Shown here: positions 34,496 to 42,077 of the stretch, piece after piece | Position numbering within the stretch: the first letter of the stretch is position 1 | Layout of the letters: every line of letters begins with the position of its first letter | Made by a program: the position numbers and the translations under genes | Assembly (NCBI GenBank): GCA_051294375.1 | Contig: JBJCIZ010000391.1 | Span: 1 to 42,077 of the forward strand | Source of the DNA: Paraspadella gotoi | Lineage: Eukaryota; Animalia; Chaetognatha | Length of the DNA: 42,077 bases | Direction: 5' to 3' | Notes under the pieces: generated by a model | Told to the model about the DNA's origin: nothing | Database searches by the model: none | The model's input: only the letters and a program-made list of their open reading frames with translations

Positions 34496-35565
34496 TCGCG
34501 CTTTTGTTGAGTCTCTTCATACCTGTCGCAACCTGGGTCACATGACCAGGCATCTTCACCAAACTTTACATGCTTCGTGCAGAGAGTGGTTAGTTTCGCC
34601 TTGCTTTTCCCTTTTGACGGCTGGTTTGGGCGTCGTTTGAAATTGCTGCGTCGAGGCTGCTTCTTATCAACGGCGTTGACGGCCTCGTCCAAGTCCGAGT
34701 CCGATTCGAGATGATCTTGTTGGCTATGGCGGACGCTACTGACTAACGAAGCTGATTGGCGAATTTTTAAATTGCCCTCGTTGTCAAAGTGTCTGTCAGC
34801 AAGCTGGCACAGTTCGCTGGCGGTCATATCGTCAGCCTTGTCCTCTAATTGTCGCCGGACTTCTGTCGGCAACTCTCTTAAGACCTTCTCTTTCCTGACA
34901 TCGTCCAAGGTCAGCGTCCTCGTCCGTTCCTCCAACTGGGCCAACATTTTCGATGGTTTGGTGCCATCGACGTCGAGAGAATCGAGGAGAGTCGCCGCTT
35001 GTTGACGTCGAGATAGGCCATACTCTTTTCTTAAGTATTCGATGAATTGATTCCAAGTTTCCTCTGTGGCCTCGCCGAAAAGGTATTGGTTGATCTTTGG
35101 GTCCACGTTTATCTCTATTTTGGACTCTAGATGGGCAAACTTGTTCTTCGGGCTGACTATCCCTGCTCGAGTATAAGCAGCCTCGACCCTTTTGATCCAA
35201 ATTTCTATGTTGGTCGGGTCGAAAGTAGGCAGATCCGGTTTACGATTGGACGCTCGTTCTAGGGCGCGAGTCGCGGCGGCAAGGGCTGAGCGGAGTTCGT
35301 CGTTTTCGTCACGAAGATCTCGCCCGGCGTTGTTTCCGGTCGGTCGATCGGTCGCCATCTCGGCGCTCTCGAAATCGTGGTCGCCGTACGCTGGGTAATT
35401 GAATGTCGGCGCGGCGTCCGCGAAGGCCGGAGATATCGATCTGGAGCGTTGCCCGCGTCCAAAGCCGAAAGGTACTTGGAGTCGAATGGCCTCGTTGCGC
35501 TGGTCTTCCGCCTCAGTGTCTCGATGTGCTGAGCGGAGGCGCGATCGGAGGTCGGAGCCGCTCAT
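34465..35565 (-). CDS. gag: Gag protein (366 aa) with CHCC zinc knuckle
   Basis: LPTFDPTNIEIWIKRVEA; CTKHVKFGEDAWSCDPGC; colinear with element 1 Gag. Confidence 0.92.
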   Translation of the reverse strand: MSGSDLRSRLRSAHRDTEAEDQRNEAIRLQVPFGFGRGQRSRSISPAFADAAPTFNYPAYGDHDFESAEMATDRPTGNNAGRDLRDENDELRSALAAATRALERASNRKPDLPTFDPTNIEIWIKRVEAAYTRAGIVSPKNKFAHLESKIEINVDPKINQYLFGEATEETWNQFIEYLRKEYGLSRRQQAATLLDSLDVDGTKPSKMLAQLEERTRTLTLDDVRKEKVLRELPTEVRRQLEDKADDMTASELCQLADRHFDNEGNLKIRQSASLVSSVRHSQQDHLESDSDLDEAVNAVDKKQPRRSNFKRRPNQPSKGKSKAKLTTLCTKHVKFGEDAWSCDPGCDRYEETQQKREGNSKGGRRR

Positions 35566-35738
35566 CTATAGAGGTGTCGATCGCTCCGTCGAATATGCCG
35601 TGGAGAAGTTTGAAAACAAAGGGGAAAAGTGTGAGACGATTGGGCAATCTCACTTAATTTCCCTACCTTCACCCAATCTTACCTAGGAAGAGGTAGGGTT
35701 CCGCTATCTTCTCCACTGGCTGGTCGGTTTTGTTCGTT

Positions 35739-35751
35739 GTCGGGTTTACCA
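35739..35751 (-). promoter_or_regulatory. Primer binding site, tRNA-Trp-like
   Basis: TGGTAAACCCGAC versus the tRNA-Trp complement TGGTGACCCCGAC (11 of 13 match). Confidence 0.7.
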
Positions 35752-36146
35752 TGTGGGGTATGTGCCGGAGTGTCGCAGTACTAAGGAGTTTCTAATGAGT
35801 TGTAATCTCTTGGGATCAAAGCCGCAGGGAAGGTGAGACATGGATTCGAATTTAATGATTTAATTGTTTTATATTGATGAGTTTTTATTGTCACTGACTA
35901 ATGTATTTATTTACATTCAATGAAGGATTAAAAACGCAATGCTTATCATTAGTGATAAGATTATTTTGTATTAACATTAAGACATTAAAAACCAGACTGA
36001 AATTCTTCAGTAAAAGATAATAAAGTAAACATTTTGTTGGGGAGGAGAATTAATTCCTTGTCTGAGTATCTATCCAGGAAATAGGTTTAATTTAACCGAA
36101 AACAAAGGTTTCAAAATCATATAAAAGTAATTTTCGTGAAACCACA
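35752..36146 (-). repeat. 5' LTR of element 2 (395 bp, TGT...ACA)
   Basis: Matches 23072-23412 joined to 30557-30595; adjacent to the PBS. Confidence 0.92.
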
Positions 36147-36147
36147 T

Positions 36148-37493
36148 AGATATAGAGAGAATCCTGTAAATACGCGTCGAAAACCATTTCAAATCCGCTT
36201 CATAATTTTTAAAAATTGCCTCTTTCGTCTTTCGACAAATTTGTTGTTGTTTAATTTTTTCCTCTCGCGACGATATTTTTTTTTTCGCGCCGCCGCCAGT
36301 CGTATCTGCGGTGACGGTGTCGTCGTATCGTCATCGCTTCGTTTTCATCGTCGTCGAAAGACGATTTGGTCTGAGATTTACTTTTAAATCTCCCAACTGT
36401 TCGATTAGGTTGTCACAAAAGAACCCATATTGCTGTCAACTCATCCAAATACAGCGAGGTCCGAGGAATATCACACTACAAAATTACTCTCTCTCTCTTC
36501 TCTCTCTCTCTCTCTCTCTCGCACACTCATTTTTCTCGCACTATTTTTTATGGATTCGATCTGGAATTAAATGACGAACACGAAAACTCACAACTACAGG
36601 GTGTACGAAGCAAAAAACGACTTAATTTTTTTTTTACAAGTAAATATTCCTAAAAGCCAACTTCCTCAAATTAATAAATATGCAAAGTTACTTTTTATTT
36701 TTATTTCAAATTTCGCAAGTTCCTGTCTTTAAAAACGTTTTCAATTGTTATTGATGTCAAAAGTCAGTAAAAATGTTTTTTTCAAACTAGCTATTTAAAA
36801 CAAATATACATACCAAAGACGCAATTTTTTTCAAAGTAATAAACAGCTAAATTAAACATTTATAAACGTCAATGTCCTTATATTCGTAATTAATTTAGTT
36901 TAATGATTGATAAGTTTTACGACACAAATCATTGTCAAATTCAAAAATCGACAATTAAAAAACAATCGGAACAGAGAACAAAAACCGCAGCTGCCCTCAG
37001 CCGAATGTGGTTGATTGGTGCAAAAAAATGGGAGAGTCCGATAAATTCATTAATAAAAGAAAGACAGAATAAGAGAGCGAGAGGGTGGTCTGGTGGGTTG
37101 AGGGGAAGAGAGAGAGGAGAGAAGAGAGAGAGAGAGAGAGAGAGAATATAGAGAAGAATCCCTTAAATACCGTCCGAAAAAGCCAATTCAAATCCCTTCA
37201 TAAAATTTTTAATTCTCTTTTCGTCTTTCGATCAATTTGTTGTTGTTTATTTTTTTCTCTCGCGAACCGATATTTTTTTTTCCAGCCGCCGCAGTCGTAT
37301 CTGCGGGTGACGTCGTCGTGGGATCAGTCATCGTACTTCGTTTTCATCGTCCGTCAAAGAGATTTGGCTAGATTTCGAGCATTTTAGACTCCCCCAAACT
37401 GTTCGATAGGTTTGTCACAAAAGAACGCCCATAAATATGCTGTCACTCAATACAACAAATACATCGCGAGGAATATCACAAACAAAAAATTAC
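36148..37493 (+). repeat. Duplicated flank: Y (36148-36487), X' (about 36500-37147), Y' (about 37148-37493); X'Y' is the empty insertion site
   Basis: gaatcc..taaatac..gccgccgc(c)agtcgtatctgcgg..gaggaatatcac occurs in both Y and Y'; X' matches 22460-23070. Confidence 0.85.
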
Positions 37494-40400
37494 AATGAAA
37501 AACAACCAAACACAAACGAGCAACGACCGAAAACAACGACAGCGGACCGCCAACCACGAACCGTCGAAGTCCAATTGACCGTCGAGGGAACGTCCGTCAA
37601 AAAAACTCCTCTTGCTCCTCCTTCTCTTCCTCTCTATTCTTAATCCTTCTCTTCCTCCTCCTATTCTTTTCCTTTCCTCGTCCTCCTCCCAAGCGCTCAT
37701 TTGTTGCCAATAAGCGAAAAAGGGTCGCCCCGCCCTTCCAAAATGTTTCTGTTTTGTTTTTGGGGTCGTCGTTGTCGTTGTTTTTTTGTTTTTGTTTTTA
37801 TCGCAGTTTTTTATTAGTCTTGTTGCGCTTTGTCTTTGCCTTCAGTAAATGCCGAGCAGACTAGAAAAACCAAAAAACAAAAAAATATTGTAAAGGAAAG
37901 AAATTAAGAAAACATAAAAAAATAGGGGGAAAAAAAGGAAAAAAAAGACATCTTTTCTCTAATATTTAAATTTTCTTTTTTCTAAATTATAAAGAAAAAG
38001 TTACAAGAATTAATAATAATGCAGAAAACTTTTAGTTTATAAATTTTATAAATTTTTTTGTTAAATCTTAAAATTTTAATAAAATCTCCCCGTTTTTTGG
38101 TTGTATATTCATGGCATCATTAGCTTGAACATATGAAGTTTTCTTTTTCGTCTCTCTCATCTCTCTTCTCCTCTCCTCTCTCTCTCATTTCGTCTCTCTC
38201 TCTTCTTCTCTCTCTCCATATGCTACTCTTCTTCTCTCCTTTTATCTTTCATTCTTTGAATTTTCGATCAGACTATGCTTGAATGTAAAGAAAAAAACAC
38301 ACAAAGTGACGTGCTAAAACGCACAAAGTAATTTTCATCGTTTTTGTAGTATTTTTAAAAATTTTTAATTTTTTTTCACATTCTTAGCATTTTCGTCTTT
38401 TATTTTGAAATAGTCCATACACGGTACTAACAAGTTCGATTCCATTTTGACTCCTTCTCCTCGCTCCAAATTCTGCTTACATACCATCTCCCTCTACATC
38501 CCCCTCCCTCCCACTCCCCCTCCTCCTCCTCCCGTCCTCCCCACCTTTTCTTTCACCTCAGCGGGCATTTCTAAAGAATTCAATTCACGGAGATTCAGAG
38601 TGAAACGTCGTCGGTCAGACTTTCGCGCCAACACTCTTCTTGCATTTGTTGGAGAAAAGTTTTAAATCTACATTTTTTTTTTAAAATATAACTGAGAATT
38701 ATATCCTTTATTTTAGCTTTTTTAAAACAAGTTTTATTTTATTTAATTCTCTTGAAAATATTCTTTCATGACGTAACGTTTTAGTAAAGTTCTCCTGTCA
38801 AAACAGTTGCTAGTTAAAATGAGGATGAAAGCCGCTAAAGTAGGTCCTAAAGAACAATGCTTATCCAGAAAGTTCTTTAACCCCGCCTTTAGCATCCGGA
38901 AAAAGGATTGTGGGGTGGATATCAGGCTTGCGAGGGGTCGCTTCCAGACTACCAAAGCGATTTAGCAGCAGTCCTTACGCTTCACGCATGAGGGATCGAT
39001 CCCGGTGACGCAAATCGGTTATAAACTGATGCTATGACTAAATGAGCCACAGGTTCACAAGTGAAGGCATTAACGCTTAACAACCGGGTAAAACATAATT
39101 GCAAAATACCACGACTACAAAAATTAATTTTTTAAATTTTTAATTTTTAATATTTTATCAAGAAATGTATCATCCGAAAACGTACTGTAAACGATTTTTT
39201 TCCCTGACTCGCGCAGCACTCAGTGCACTTCGGCAAAATCGCTGGAGAATTTTTTCTTAGAAATTGGAAGCGAAACGTTGGAAAGTCGGCTGCTGCCGCC
39301 GCCGCTGCTGGCGCCGGCTGCCGGCCGGAGCTTGTCGTCGCCGCCGTCCAGCTAACCACGCCCCCGCTGCCGCCACACCAGGCCTCCACCGGGGGCCGCC
39401 AGAAGCGAAAGCACGGTGTGGAAAGAGTAAAGGGAGGTGAAAATGGGCAGAATCTCCGATGATTGTGAATGGTTCATTAGTAAATGGTCGGAATGGTGAA
39501 ATGGTGAATGGTTGATTGGCTCAATGGTTGAAGAAGTGACTGTTGAAAACAAGGGAGAATGGAATCAACTAATAAATATATAAGGAGTGAATAATTAAAA
39601 GTAATTTCAAAGAGCGAGAGGAGGAGCCTGACTATTAAGTAAAATTAAGGAGTAACTATTTGTGCAACTAAATGTATATGATGAAAAGATATTTTGATCG
39701 ATATTAACAAAAAATAAATTAGTGTTGAGACCACATTAGCTATTTATGTTACGTGCGACCTAAAATTTTACCGAATTTGGACGACATTAAAAAGGTTTTC
39801 AATTCGTAGGTGAAAATGAATATCATTTATAGTATGGTGACATAATATAAAAAAATAGACCTTTTTGTGAAAACATTTGTGAATGATTTATGAGAAGTCA
39901 GTAAACAGAATTCGATATGGTCGAAAAGAAACGTTATTAGCATTTAAGATTCGTGTCCCAGTAAAAAGTGATCATTCTGTGAACAATTTAACCAGTAAAG
40001 ACACGACGTGAACTTTGAATCAAGAGCGTTAAAAAAATTGGGTCGAGTGAATTGTGAATTCTGCAACTCAGTTCCCGCAGGTGAGTTGGACTTTTCTCTG
40101 GATTCGAGTATTTGGTGAAAACCGATAGAAACGAATGCAAGTGAACGAGATTGAGTGAACTTGTGAAGGAAATGTTTAACGGCGATAAAGGGGGGAAGGT
40201 GAACGAGGTTTTTGGAGGCGGTGAGAGGGGGAAGAGAGTTCGGTAGGTGAGGAGAGTGAGAGTGAAGAAAGGGATGAAAGTAATGGATTGGCTCGGTGAT
40301 AACGACGACAACGACGATGACCAACGACGATGACAACGACCATGATGGTTCATGATTTTTATTTTTGTTTCTGGAAAAAGCCATTTACAATGCACAAGAT

Positions 40401-41254
40401 CATAAGACAGATTGGGCGTTGAATCTTGGACTGAAAGTGAAGACGAACGCGACGAGGTGGTGTATAGCTTGAACGGACGACGACGAACGACGACGACGAC
40501 GTGTAAGAGAATGGCGAAATGGAGCCAAGTTTTTCGTCGAGAGAAAAAATGAAATCGGAAAGGAAAATGAGAAGGAGAATGGGTAGAGGCTCGTTGTAGA
40601 AACATAAAAAACATGGAAAAAAAAGGACCATGAAGAATTAAAGAGAATGAGAAAAAAGAATTTAGAAAAGGTAGAGATGGAGATGAGAAGGGAGACGGAA
40701 AATGAAAGAGAATAAGAAAGGGGATTGAGAATGAATGATTTGATTAGGAATAGAAAAGAGAGAAACTTGAGAGAAGGAATAAATGAGGAAGGAATAAGGA
40801 GTCAATTAGAATAGAAAATAGGGAAAGAGAAAAGAGCTTGGCAGAAAGTTTAGGGAAATTTGAAATGAAGAGAAAGAAAAGGGAAAACAGTGGGTTATTG
40901 TTGAAATTTAAAAAAAATGAATTGATTATTGTTTGAATGCGAGTTCATTTTTAGGAAATATTTATAATATACATAGTGTAAAATAATTATTAAATGCGTT
41001 GAAGTATAATAAATAAAAACTGCGATTAAAATACGTAAATATATATATAACATTATAAAATGTTAAATAGATGAAGAAAACTAATGAGGAACCGAAGGGA
41101 GAAGAATGAATGGGACGTGGGAGCAAAGGGACGCAGCGCGGGGAAGCAGCGCCATCAATGAGGTCTTGTATAAGTCAAGTTCCTTGTGAAGACTAGATTC
41201 AGATTAATCTCTTGTTTGAGAAGGTGAAACGCTTTGGTGAGGTTGAGATTGGGG

Positions 41255-41337
41255 GCGGGGTGGGGAGGGGGGGGAAGGGGAGGGAAGAGGAGAGAGTATC
41301 TCTCCGTACTGCGCCAGTAGAGATTGAAGAGAGGGGG

Positions 41338-41368
<31 letters not shown>

Positions 41369-41395
41369 AGGGGAGAGAGAGAGAGAGAGAGAAGC
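41255..41395. repeat. G-rich and (AG)n low-complexity tract
   Basis: Seen directly. Confidence 0.8.
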
Positions 41396-42077
41396 ATCAT
41401 TTGGCGGTTGAACGTTTCAATCATTGTTGGCGAGCGAACAATGCGGCAATTGCGAAGGTTCGCGGATCAGTGATATCAGAAACTGACGATCAAAATGTTT
41501 TATGTAATTGCAGTTGAATTCTTTTTTTTTTTCCATGTCAGAGAATTTTGTTTCAATTAATATATTTGTTTTTTTTCATTTCTTGTTCTCCTTCTTTCTT
41601 TTATTATCCTTACATTCAATTCTTTCTTTTTCGTTGTTGATTTATTGTTAGCGGGATAAGCGATGTTAATTACAAAATCATTGTAACATCTATTAAAAGA
41701 CTTTCGTTTTTTCGAAAATCCTATTCTTACATTCGTTAATATTTTATACTTTATTTTTGTTGCACTTTCTTTCTCTAATTTCTCAAGAGATTTTGGAATT
41801 TATTTCATATTATACAAATAAAACATCTAGTATTGGGAGAAACTGTATAGGCAAAGCTCACCTGAAAACTTTAAGTTACCTTAGGAAATTTTATAAACGG
41901 GAAAATGGTTTTTCAAGACATATCAGACTGGATAAAGCCTCGTGACAACCGCATTAAGAAAAAAAAATTGACAGAATATTTTTTAGGGTTGGAATTTTGT
42001 TTCTTCCGTCACCTCGAAAGCATAAACAATCTTTTTTCTTTTTCTGCAGTAAACGCGATTTCTCTTCGAGAGGTAAA

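Larger units (their letters stand above)
30557..36146 (-). mobile_element. Ty3/Gypsy LTR retrotransposon, element 2 (CsRn1/Kabuki-like); most of its 3' LTR displaced to 23072-23412
   Basis: Intact gag and pol homologous to element 1; PBS, PPT and LTRs present. Confidence 0.95.

Noticed and set aside
38560-40620. Possible minus-strand host exons
   Set aside because: Short frames with stops and no recognisable homology.

Overview
Eukaryotic (probably invertebrate animal) repeat-rich DNA: AT-rich, with many (AG/CT)n microsatellites and no host gene I can identify. The window is dominated by two related, ORF-intact Ty3/Gypsy LTR retrotransposons on the minus strand (about 9.3-15.1 kb and 30.6-36.1 kb). 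Both resemble the CsRn1/Kabuki/Boudicca lineage: CHCC Gag knuckle, tRNA-Trp-like PBS, -1 gag/pol overlap, PR-RT-RH-IN order. Their LTRs look unrelated, but they share several unusual features: a D-G-G protease active site, a slippery site plus pseudoknot, a structured leader with a splice donor, a long Pro/Arg-rich duplicated integrase tail, and apparent ATGT...ACAT termini instead of TG...CA. One LTR of each element is split and interleaved around a 25-N gap. Swapping blocks 15116-23412 and 23438-30556 restores both LTRs, which most likely reflects a gap-filling mis-assembly. Also present: a CCA-ending tRNA-Leu 3' fragment, a CAGTG-ended MITE, two inverted Helentron/DINE-1-like elements, minisatellites, and an empty-site copy of the element-2 insertion locus. 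Most short ORFs in the track are microsatellite or antisense artefacts. I found no clear new multi-gene system; the best novelty candidates are features of this retroelement family.
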